A stretch of 64,000 nt of DNA from Bacteroidota bacterium. GTDB lineage: Bacteria > Bacteroidota > Bacteroidia > Flavobacteriales_D > Crocinitomicaceae. The stretch spans positions 32,013 to 96,012 of the forward strand of contig JBDLQL010000008.1 of assembly GCA_039800565.1 (NCBI GenBank). Reading direction: 5' to 3'. Position 1 is the stretch's first letter. Each line of letters opens with the position of its first letter. The position numbers and the translations under genes are program-made. This document shows, piece by piece, positions 17,839-26,190 of this stretch. The notes beneath the pieces were generated by a model. The model searched no databases. It saw only the letters and a program-made list of their open reading frames with translations, and was not told the origin of the DNA.

Positions 17839-19410
17839 ATGAAAAAAACATACGCATTTATCGGATTGTTCCTAATTGGAAAAGCACTTTGGGCGCAAGA
17901 AATTCCGGCAGATTTACTTCCAATGCACCAAGCCTTGCAACAATGGGATCCTGTTCGTGGGCCTTGGTTAGCGGCATCCATAGAAGCCATGGCAGTCCAC
18001 AAAGCAATCCCTGACAGGACTTTCCCAGAAGATTACACGCCCTATGAAATGCTGGCGATGATTCCGAGCGCTGACCGTCGGGTGCTGCAGCAACAAGCGC
18101 AGGGCAGGCCTACACAAGGCCCAAATGCGGCTACTTGGCAAGTATATAACCAATTGCTTTCGCACAGCTTTTGTGAATTCGTCATTGGTCGGAGTTACGG
18201 CGACCCGCACATGAAGTCGTTTGACAAAGCCAATTATTCGTTTCAGACGGTGGGCGAGTTTGTGTTGGCCCGTTCTGCTGATGGTGCCTTTGAAGTGCAA
18301 ACGCGTCAGCGTGCGCAAGACGATAATTTTTCGTTAAATGCTGCGGTAGCCATGAATGTTGGTGGCGATCGGCTTTGTTTTTATGCGGCCGAAAAACCAG
18401 ATGGAATGCCGGGTCCGTTGCGCTTGAACGGCGAGCAAATCCAATTGCAAGGGCGCAGTTATTACTTGCCCCATGGAGGTGTTGTCCGTCTAGATGGCCG
18501 CAATTATACCATTGTTTGGCCAAGTGGCGAAAATACAGTCATTGACATGCGCACGAGCGGTGTGCGTGGTTTTGTAAATGTTACCTGTAGTGTTTTTTCG
18601 TGTGATCAAGGTGTCTTTAGTGGCTTGTTGGGCAACAACAACCTCAATCCTGATGATGACTTCAATCGCATTGGAAGTACAGCTAACCAACAATTTGGAG
18701 CAGGATCGATGTCTGCAGTGTATGCATTCAACGGTTCAACTTCAAATGCGCGCGCAATTGGTCAGTATGCCGAGCTAGAATACCAGGCGTTTTTAGTCAA
18801 AGATTTTGCAGAAGATTGGCGCGTCACGAATCAAAATACCTTGTTTGATTATGCGCCAGGAATGAGTACTACATCGTTTACCGATCGTAGTTTTCCGCGA
18901 GTGCATATGAACTTGGCGCAAATGGACCCAAACAATCGTGAACAAGCACGTCAGCGCTGTTTGCAAATGGGCGTACCAGCCGATGAACTTGGTGGCTGTA
19001 TATTTGATCAAGGCTACCTAAATATTCCACCCAACAATCCTCCGGTTCCGAATGTGCCGAAACCAACAAGTAAGCCTTTGACGCCAATAGAGCGCCCGGC
19101 ATTAAATAACAATAACCATCAATTTACAGAAGGTAAAACGCCAACTTCTTTACCAATTGGTACAACAACTGGAGCAAGTAAAACCCCTGATACATCCACT
19201 CCGACCAAGACACCACCAGCTGTAGATCCTGTTCATCGACCAGTAACGACCGAACCTGTAAACAGACCACAAACAAGCCCAGTTCAACGACCTAACGCTC
19301 CAGTTTCGCCAAAACCTAGTGTCACGAAGCCTGCAGCACCAGTACCGACGGTACCAAAGCCAGCAGCGCCCAAACCTTCTGTTAGTCCAATTAAAGTTGG
19401 AAAAGGATAA
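17839..19410 (+). CDS. Secreted von Willebrand factor type D (VWD) domain protein with GDPH motif and Pro-rich C-terminal tail
   Basis: 523 aa. Signal peptide; GRSYGDPHMKSFDKANYSFQTVGEFVLA; GLLGNNNLNPDDDF; DFAEDWRV; CLQMGVPADELGGCIFD. The last ~125 aa are P/T/K/V-rich (PKPAAPKPSVSP...). Confidence 0.8.
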   Translation: MKKTYAFIGLFLIGKALWAQEIPADLLPMHQALQQWDPVRGPWLAASIEAMAVHKAIPDRTFPEDYTPYEMLAMIPSADRRVLQQQAQGRPTQGPNAATWQVYNQLLSHSFCEFVIGRSYGDPHMKSFDKANYSFQTVGEFVLARSADGAFEVQTRQRAQDDNFSLNAAVAMNVGGDRLCFYAAEKPDGMPGPLRLNGEQIQLQGRSYYLPHGGVVRLDGRNYTIVWPSGENTVIDMRTSGVRGFVNVTCSVFSCDQGVFSGLLGNNNLNPDDDFNRIGSTANQQFGAGSMSAVYAFNGSTSNARAIGQYAELEYQAFLVKDFAEDWRVTNQNTLFDYAPGMSTTSFTDRSFPRVHMNLAQMDPNNREQARQRCLQMGVPADELGGCIFDQGYLNIPPNNPPVPNVPKPTSKPLTPIERPALNNNNHQFTEGKTPTSLPIGTTTGASKTPDTSTPTKTPPAVDPVHRPVTTEPVNRPQTSPVQRPNAPVSPKPSVTKPAAPVPTVPKPAAPKPSVSPIKVGKG

Positions 19411-19434
19411 ACGCAATCGGTTTTGATACCAACC

Positions 19435-19469
19435 AAAAAAAAGGGGCCGCATTGCGGCCCCTTTTTTTT
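19435..19469. terminator. Bidirectional rho-independent terminator
   Basis: A8-GGGGCCGC-att-GCGGCCCC-T8, placed exactly between the convergent genes ending at 19410 and 19490. Confidence 0.9.
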
Positions 19470-19489
19470 GGTTCAGTAAGAAGTTTGTC

Positions 19490-20842
19490 TTACAATTTTA
19501 TGAAAGAGGTAACGTGTTGGTTGATATGGATAAAGTAAACGCCTTTTGCTAACGCACTTACATCAATTGTAGAAGCTTGTTGACCACTTAAAATTTCTTG
19601 ACCAATGTGATTATAGATGGCAAATGCTTGGTTTGCATCCGTTCCTTTAATTGTCAAGAAATTTTGTACTGGATTTGGATAGATTTGGAAGTCTGTAGCG
19701 AATTCTTGGATACTAGCTGATTGTACATCAAATTGTGAAATGATGTTGTAATAAATCGGATTGGATTTGATCGGACAATAAACTTGAAGAACAAGGTTGT
19801 AAATACCCGCTGAAGCTGGAGCATAATAGGTGTAGTTAATGTAGGTAAATGCACCTGTGGTGTCGGCTAAATACCATACAGTGTAAACGGAGTCTTGAGT
19901 GGCTGGGTTGTTGCCAAAAGTTGCTGAAACCATGTAGGCTGTATCAAGCATGCTCATGTCAATGTCGCAATTGTAAATCCAACCTGATGTAAGGGTTCCG
20001 ACAATATTAAAGCCAGTGGCAAGCGACCCGACAACATTAATGCTATCGATATTACCGTTATTGACACCAACATATTCAGTAAGTGTTGCCGAACAGTTAT
20101 TGGCATCTTGAATGGTAGCCGTATAATTGCCAATGCATAGGTTATTGATGCCATACGTCGTGGCGCCATTACTCCAAGACACCCAATAAGGAGTCGTTGA
20201 ATTAAGGGTAATCACAGCTGCACCATCGCAAAGACCAGGTGCGCTACAATTGGTCACTGTAATTGTAGGGTTAAATCCGACACAAGGACCGCTCGTATTC
20301 GTGGTGTCATAGAAAACAGTTCCTGCACCTGAAGTGCTACAACCGTTTGCGTCAACGACTGTTAACGAATAGGTGCCAATGCAAAGGCCAGTTAGGGTAG
20401 CTGTAGTAGCTGGGCCGCCGTTTGCCCATTGGTAAGTATAAGGCGCAGAACCACCGTAAGCCATTGCTGTCAGGCTTCCGTCGCAGGCTGTTTGTGAAGA
20501 AGTAACGGTTCCTGAAATCGTTACCCCAAGGCCCGCACATGGGTTTGTAGAATTGACACCAATTGTGAAAGGCGAGGTAAACGTCATGCCACTGCCCGTG
20601 CCGACCATCGAGTAGTTTCCTGGGCAGAGGTTTGAAATGCTTGTGCCTCCTGTTTGAAGTAAAGTTCCGTTTAAGTACCATGCGGTAGAAACGAGGTTAA
20701 TGGTGTTGCTTGAGTCGATGCTTGCAGCACCATCACATACATTTGGGCCACTGCAATTAGTCACATTGACATTGACGACAAATTGAGCCTTGACACCACT
20801 AAATAAGCCTAAGAATAAGGTTAAGGTAAAAAGTGCTTTCAT
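19490..20842 (-). CDS. SprB-repeat protein with T9SS type A C-terminal sorting domain
   Basis: 450 aa. Signal peptide; three Cys-framed repeats (NCSGPNVCDGAA..., ACDGSLTAMAYGGSAPYTYQWANG...LCIGTYSLTVVDANGCS, NCSAPGLCDGAAVI...LCIGNYTATIQDANNCS). C-terminus IYPNPVQNFLTIKG...GVYFIHIN...KL. Confidence 0.8.
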   Translation of the reverse strand: MKALFTLTLFLGLFSGVKAQFVVNVNVTNCSGPNVCDGAASIDSSNTINLVSTAWYLNGTLLQTGGTSISNLCPGNYSMVGTGSGMTFTSPFTIGVNSTNPCAGLGVTISGTVTSSQTACDGSLTAMAYGGSAPYTYQWANGGPATTATLTGLCIGTYSLTVVDANGCSTSGAGTVFYDTTNTSGPCVGFNPTITVTNCSAPGLCDGAAVITLNSTTPYWVSWSNGATTYGINNLCIGNYTATIQDANNCSATLTEYVGVNNGNIDSINVVGSLATGFNIVGTLTSGWIYNCDIDMSMLDTAYMVSATFGNNPATQDSVYTVWYLADTTGAFTYINYTYYAPASAGIYNLVLQVYCPIKSNPIYYNIISQFDVQSASIQEFATDFQIYPNPVQNFLTIKGTDANQAFAIYNHIGQEILSGQQASTIDVSALAKGVYFIHINQHVTSFIKL

Positions 20843-20886
20843 AAAATAAGTTTGCCAAAAGACGTCATTGTCTTTTGAAGGTTGCC

Positions 20887-20894
20887 CAAAGATA
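20887..20894 (-). promoter_or_regulatory. -7 box TATCTTTG for the SprB-repeat gene
   Basis: The plus strand reads caaagata, about 45 nt upstream of ATG 20842. An 8-bp hairpin (20856..20877) lies in the leader. Confidence 0.4.
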
Positions 20895-20907
20895 GCAAAT
20901 CAATATG

Positions 20908-20915
20908 TAAATTTG
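20908..20915 (+). promoter_or_regulatory. -7 box TAAATTTG abutting the pafA-like start (leaderless candidate)
   Basis: The motif G at 20915 is 6 nt before ATG 20921. Confidence 0.45.
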
Positions 20916-20920
20916 ATGGT

Positions 20921-22564
20921 ATGAAAAAATCAAGCATCCTCATTTTCAGTATTTTTTGTGTTATTGTAGCGCATGCGCAAGTAAAAAAAGCGCCTAAAAT
21001 GGTCGTTGGTATTGTAGTCGATCAAATGTGTTACGATTACTTGTATCGCTACCAATACCTATATACGACAGGTGGTTTTAACCGCTTACTTACCAAAGGC
21101 ACCAATTGCCGTAGTGCTCAATATACCTATGTGCCTACCTATACAGCACCCGGACATGCATCCATCTACACCGGAACTACGCCTTCTGATCATGGTATTG
21201 TAGCCAACGAATGGTATGACCGCGAAAGCAAGGCCATGACTACTAGTGTTTCAGACAAACGCTATCAAAGTGTCGGGACCTCAAGTACAGAAGGGCAAGC
21301 TTCGCCTATGAAATTGCGCAGTTATACCATTACTGATCAGCTCAAGATGGCCAGTCCGCGTTCGAAAGTCATTTCAATCTCGATTAAAGATCGCAGTGCG
21401 ATTTTGCCTGGTGGTCATTTGTCTGACGGTTCGTATTGGTACGATTACAGTAGTGGTACCTTTATTACGAGCAGTTTTTATATGAAAACCTTGCCAGATT
21501 GGGTGCAACGCTTTAATGTGCACAATAGTGCAGCTAAACGAAGTAAAACCTGGAATTTACTATTGCCTGAAAGCACGTATCAGCAAGCAGACGAAAGTCC
21601 ATATGAAGTAGTCCTGCCTGGCAAAAAAACAGCCACTTTTCCGTATGATTTTGAAGCGATGGCTAATGAAGGCTTCAATTTAAATACATTAATTACCATT
21701 TCTCCTACAGCCAATGAAGTGCTTACGGATTTTGCATTAATGGCCATGGAACAAGAAAATTTAGGCAAAGATTTGCATCCTGATTTTCTATGTATTTCGT
21801 ATTCTACACCCGACATTGCAGGGCATGCGTTTGGACCGTATTCACGTGAGATGGAAGACATGTATGCCCGACTCGATCGCGAGTTGCAACGTTTGTTTGC
21901 GGCCCTTGAGACGCGCTACGGTAAAGATGGCTTTGTGTTGTTTTTGACGGCAGATCATGCTGTTGTTCCGGTTCCTGAAATGCTTGTTAAAATGAACTTA
22001 CCTGGCGGCTATATCTACATGAATGACCGTTTGCAAGTGCTACGCGATGACTTTATCATGAAATACAATAGTGATTTACTTGAATCCGAACACAACCAAA
22101 ATATTTATTTGAATTTAGCCCGCATCGATTCCTTAAAATTAAGTGTTGATGAGGTCGCGAGTTATGCCGCAAGTGAAATCAGAAAATGGCCCGAAGTGAA
22201 ATCGGTACTTACGCAAGCGCAGTTGCGTGCAGGCGAGCCAATGGCAGACCCATGGGGCGCTATGGTGCAACGCGGTTTTGACCAACAGCGCAGCGGCGAA
22301 CTTATCTTTTTATTGCAACCTGGTTATTTGGCTAAAGAAAGCAACGAGCCAAAGGTACATCAAGGCACCTCGCACGGTTCTTCGTTTAATTACGACACAC
22401 ATGTCCCTTTACTTTGGTATGGTGCGGGCATCCCACAAGGTCAAAATGTGTACCGCGCAGTTCAAGTCATAGATATTGCACCTACATTAATTCAACTCCT
22501 TAATTTGCAACGCAGTGGTGCCATGACCGGCCAACCAATTTTAGAAGTATTACCAAAAAATTAA
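20921..22564 (+). CDS. Alkaline phosphatase family protein, PafA-like (NPP fold)
   Basis: The track starts at 20882 (TTG). I prefer the MKKSSILIFSIFCVIVAHAQ signal peptide at 20921. VPTYTAPGHASIYTGTTPSDHGIVANEWYD (Thr nucleophile region); FLTADHAV. Confidence 0.8.
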   Translation: MKKSSILIFSIFCVIVAHAQVKKAPKMVVGIVVDQMCYDYLYRYQYLYTTGGFNRLLTKGTNCRSAQYTYVPTYTAPGHASIYTGTTPSDHGIVANEWYDRESKAMTTSVSDKRYQSVGTSSTEGQASPMKLRSYTITDQLKMASPRSKVISISIKDRSAILPGGHLSDGSYWYDYSSGTFITSSFYMKTLPDWVQRFNVHNSAAKRSKTWNLLLPESTYQQADESPYEVVLPGKKTATFPYDFEAMANEGFNLNTLITISPTANEVLTDFALMAMEQENLGKDLHPDFLCISYSTPDIAGHAFGPYSREMEDMYARLDRELQRLFAALETRYGKDGFVLFLTADHAVVPVPEMLVKMNLPGGYIYMNDRLQVLRDDFIMKYNSDLLESEHNQNIYLNLARIDSLKLSVDEVASYAASEIRKWPEVKSVLTQAQLRAGEPMADPWGAMVQRGFDQQRSGELIFLLQPGYLAKESNEPKVHQGTSHGSSFNYDTHVPLLWYGAGIPQGQNVYRAVQVIDIAPTLIQLLNLQRSGAMTGQPILEVLPKN

Positions 22565-22565
22565 G

Positions 22566-23753
22566 ATGGAAGCAGCTTCATTTTTTAAGGCACATTTAGG
22601 GCAAACAAGCCCCTTTCCATTTTTAATTGAAGTGGACCATGCCGATGGTGTTTACATTTATGATAAAAGTGGAAAGGCCTACATGGACATGATTTCGGGT
22701 GTGGCCGTTAGTAATTTGGGGCACCGACATCCGAAAGTAATTGCCGCATTAAAGCAGCAACTTGACAAGCATTTGCATGTAATGGTTTACGGCGAATTTA
22801 TTCAAGATGCGCAGCAAGCATTTGCCAAACAGCTTCTTCGTTGCCTGCCGCCTCGTCTTGATGCGGTGTATGCGGTCAATTCGGGGACCGAAGCCAATGA
22901 AGCGGCACTGAAGTTGGCCAAGCGCGTTACTGGCCGAACTGAGCTTGTTTCGTTTCGTGGCAGTTACCATGGAAGCACGCATGGGTCTATGAGTGTTTCC
23001 GGAAATGAAGTGAAAAAGTTGCCCTTTCGGCCTTTATTGCCCGATGTGCGTTTTTTATCGTTCAATGAAGTGGCCGAACTTGAACAAATCACCACACGCA
23101 CAGCCGGTGTCATTATGGAGACCATTCAGGGCGATGCCGGTGTGCGCCGCCCATCAACTGAATTTATGTCGCAGTTGCGCGCGCGTTGCACCGAAGTTGG
23201 GGCCTTATTGATTCTTGACGAAATCCAATGTGGCATGGGGCGAAGCGGAAAGTTATTTGCGTTTGAACATTTCGATATCGTACCCGATGTATTGACACTT
23301 GGTAAGGCACTTGGTGGTGGTATGCCAATCGGTGCGCTGGTAGCTTCGCAACAACTCCTTCATGCATTTACACATCAACCGATGCTTGGGCATATTACCA
23401 CTTTTGGTGGGCATCCAATGGTGTGTGCCGCCGCCGCCGCCGCATTAGAAGTATTTCAATCCGAAATCGATTGGGAGCTCATCGAGCACAGAGGCGCACA
23501 ATTTGCTGAGCGCATTCAACAAGATTCAGAAATAAAAGCGGTACGTAGAGTCGGCTACCTGTTTGCTTTTGATATGGAAAGTGAACAACGCGTCGCGAAG
23601 GTCGTCGAACGCTGTCTTGAAAAAGGCCTGCTCACCTTTTGGTTCCTCTCGCATCCGTATAGTTTTCGAATTGCTCCGCCACTGACTATCTCAGACGCTG
23701 AGCTTCAGAAAGCTGCCGAGTTGATTTTAGAAGCCATTGCAGAAACACGATAA
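22566..23753 (+). CDS. Class III pyridoxal-phosphate aminotransferase (acetylornithine/ornithine aminotransferase-like)
   Basis: 395 aa. NSGTEANEAALKLA, LILDEIQCGMGRSGKLFAFEH and TFGGHP motifs. Confidence 0.9.
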   Translation: MEAASFFKAHLGQTSPFPFLIEVDHADGVYIYDKSGKAYMDMISGVAVSNLGHRHPKVIAALKQQLDKHLHVMVYGEFIQDAQQAFAKQLLRCLPPRLDAVYAVNSGTEANEAALKLAKRVTGRTELVSFRGSYHGSTHGSMSVSGNEVKKLPFRPLLPDVRFLSFNEVAELEQITTRTAGVIMETIQGDAGVRRPSTEFMSQLRARCTEVGALLILDEIQCGMGRSGKLFAFEHFDIVPDVLTLGKALGGGMPIGALVASQQLLHAFTHQPMLGHITTFGGHPMVCAAAAAALEVFQSEIDWELIEHRGAQFAERIQQDSEIKAVRRVGYLFAFDMESEQRVAKVVERCLEKGLLTFWFLSHPYSFRIAPPLTISDAELQKAAELILEAIAETR

Positions 23754-23779
23754 GTTGGGGCTTACGTTTAGAATTGCTG

Positions 23780-23787
23780 TATCTTTG
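23780..23787 (+). promoter_or_regulatory. -7 box TATCTTTG for metF
   Basis: The motif G lies 18 nt upstream of ATG 23805. Confidence 0.45.
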
Positions 23788-23804
23788 TCCTTCAATTCAA
23801 ATTC

Positions 23805-24755
23805 ATGAAGGTTACTGATCATCTTAATGCAGCAAACGATACGTTATTTTCGTTTGAAATTTTACCCCCATTAAAAGGCAAAAGCATTCATTCGATTTAT
23901 GCCGGAATTGATCCGTTAATGGAATTCAAGCCGAAGTTTATTAACGTGACCTATCACCGTGAAGAGTATGTGTACAAAGAACGCGAACACGGTCTGCTCG
24001 AAAAAATATCGGTACGCAAACGCCCAGGAACCGTTGGTATTTGTGCAGCAATCATGAATAAATACCAAGTAGATGCCGTACCACATTTAATTTGCGGTGG
24101 CTTTAGCAAAGAAGAAACCGAAAATGCGCTTATTGACCTTCATTTTTTAGGAATTGATAACGTTTTGGCATTACGTGGTGATTCCATAAAGTCAGAACCT
24201 ACCTTTCGCCCCGACCCAGAAGGACATCATTATGCGGTTGAGCTTATTGAACAAATTAATGGCATGAACAAGGGGGCTTACCTCATGGACGACAATGCAC
24301 AAGAAGCACTCAATTTTTGCATTGGTGCCGCAGGTTATCCCGAAAAACACTTTGAGGCGATGAATCTAGAAACTGATTTATTGTACCTTAAAAAGAAAGT
24401 GGACGCCGGAGCCTCTTATTTGGTGACGCAAATGTTTTTTGACAACGCAAAGTATTTTCAATTTGTCGATGCATGTCGTGCTGTTGGCATTACTGTTCCA
24501 ATTATTCCGGGGCTAAAACCGATCAAAACATTGGCCCACATCAGTTTTTTACCTAAGTTTTTTCACATTGATTACCCCGTCGAACTTTCTGCTGAACTGA
24601 TCAAATGCAAAGACAACGCGGCTGTCGAACAGCTTGGCATTGAATGGGGAATTCACCAATCAAAAGAACTAAAAGCTGCCGGTGTTCCTTGCATTCATTA
24701 CTACACGATGTCCAATTCAACTTCTGTGCGTTCGATTGCACGCGAAGTTTTTTAA
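23805..24755 (+). CDS. metF: Methylenetetrahydrofolate reductase
   Basis: 316 aa. FSFEILPPLKG, HLICGG, ALRGD and LVTQMFFD motifs. Confidence 0.9.
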   Translation: MKVTDHLNAANDTLFSFEILPPLKGKSIHSIYAGIDPLMEFKPKFINVTYHREEYVYKEREHGLLEKISVRKRPGTVGICAAIMNKYQVDAVPHLICGGFSKEETENALIDLHFLGIDNVLALRGDSIKSEPTFRPDPEGHHYAVELIEQINGMNKGAYLMDDNAQEALNFCIGAAGYPEKHFEAMNLETDLLYLKKKVDAGASYLVTQMFFDNAKYFQFVDACRAVGITVPIIPGLKPIKTLAHISFLPKFFHIDYPVELSAELIKCKDNAAVEQLGIEWGIHQSKELKAAGVPCIHYYTMSNSTSVRSIAREVF

Positions 24756-24763
24756 ATTCGTCT

Positions 24764-25297
24764 ATGAAAAAGTTGATATTATTTTTTGCGTTGATCCTGA
24801 ATGGTGTCAGTCAAGCGCAACCATTACACCTTAAAAATACAGTTGTCATTGCACAATTTGACAAAGCAGAAGATCGCTATGCCATGCAGGCGCTTATGGC
24901 CGAACTCTTGACAACTTACAATGTGAAAGTATTGCCAATTATGAATGTCTTGAAACAAGCCGAAGACATGAACCATTTGCTATCAGATTCCGTGCAGGCA
25001 CAACTAAAGGCAAAAGGTTTTGATACGTATTTGGTGGTCAATGTTCGTGGCTACGACCGCAAATTTAAACCGAGTCTGGACACCCAATTACTTGCTGAAA
25101 TGCTTGAAACAACAAGTATTTATCAAATTTACCGTGACGAAGCTACCTCGGTTTCATTTGAATTTTCTTTTTACCGAGATGGTAAATTAGTGCAGCGCGA
25201 AATTCTACGATGCGGCAATGTTTCGGACCGAGATTCTGTATTAAAACGTGTCCGGAAACGCTTACCTAAAAAAATATTACCGAGCTGGGTCGCTTAG
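24764..25297 (+). CDS. Hypothetical secreted protein
   Basis: The track starts at 24644 inside metF. I prefer the MKKLILFFALILNGVSQAQ signal peptide at 24764. No recognisable domain. Confidence 0.55.
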   Translation: MKKLILFFALILNGVSQAQPLHLKNTVVIAQFDKAEDRYAMQALMAELLTTYNVKVLPIMNVLKQAEDMNHLLSDSVQAQLKAKGFDTYLVVNVRGYDRKFKPSLDTQLLAEMLETTSIYQIYRDEATSVSFEFSFYRDGKLVQREILRCGNVSDRDSVLKRVRKRLPKKILPSWVA

Positions 25298-26187
25298 TTA
25301 TTTAAGCGGTATTGTTTTTCCATTTCACGGTCTTCGGGTGTGCTATAAACCCCACATTTCGGTGGCACTTCAATCAATTTGATTACTTTAAACTGCGCTT
25401 GTATCGGCCAATAGTTCGATGAATACCAATATAAATTGGCGTTAAATCCGTTCCATGGTGAAAGCGTGACAATTGGAATACTTGCCCCAGGAATGAGTAT
25501 CCAGGCTTTGTTTAATCGAATCCCGATACCTAATTGGTAATTAAATTGCAGCATCCAGGTGCTCAGGTTTGGCTGAAATACCTGCGGCGCTTGGTAGCTG
25601 ATAAAGTTGTCTTTGTAGCTCATGGGCCCTGTATACAAATTAAAGTCGAGGTTCATGCCTAAGCTTTGGTCTAAAAAATGCTTCCGAACTTTTACAACCA
25701 CTTTTTTACCAAAGTAAATCAAGGAATGTGCACGAATGCTTCCGTACAAATACCCTGTGCTTAATTGCCCAATACCACTCGATGTACCTATGACTTCGCC
25801 AAGTGCATTTTTGTAAGTAATAGCAGTGCTTTCGGTACCACGTAATTGTCGGTAACCAATACCCCAATCAAAATAATCCATGATGCGGCTTTTGTGCAAA
25901 GCTTTGATTGGTGTTCCTTTCCATTTTGGGAAATGTGCAAATCCGGCTTCGGCATAAAAACCCAGTTGGGCTGCGGGCGTGATTGTCCAGTCGCCCCGCA
26001 CACCTAAATTGTCTGAAAGCTGACCGCTTAAAGGTTTATTGACAAACGAATAGGTAGGGCCAATCGAAAATTGATACCCATGATTTTTGACTTGCAAGTA
26101 ATCATTTCCTTTTTTTTCTGATTTTTTAAAACCTCCTTGCGCAAAAAAGATACTTGGTGTGAAGATGAGGATCAGTAGTTGCTTCAT
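25294..26187 (-). CDS. Hypothetical outer-membrane beta-barrel protein
   Basis: 297 aa. Signal peptide MKQLLILIFTPSIFFAQ, with alternating aromatic/Gly-rich strands. Begins 3 nt after the KMO stop. Confidence 0.55.
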   Translation of the reverse strand: MKQLLILIFTPSIFFAQGGFKKSEKKGNDYLQVKNHGYQFSIGPTYSFVNKPLSGQLSDNLGVRGDWTITPAAQLGFYAEAGFAHFPKWKGTPIKALHKSRIMDYFDWGIGYRQLRGTESTAITYKNALGEVIGTSSGIGQLSTGYLYGSIRAHSLIYFGKKVVVKVRKHFLDQSLGMNLDFNLYTGPMSYKDNFISYQAPQVFQPNLSTWMLQFNYQLGIGIRLNKAWILIPGASIPIVTLSPWNGFNANLYWYSSNYWPIQAQFKVIKLIEVPPKCGVYSTPEDREMEKQYRLNN

Positions 26188-26190
26188 GGC

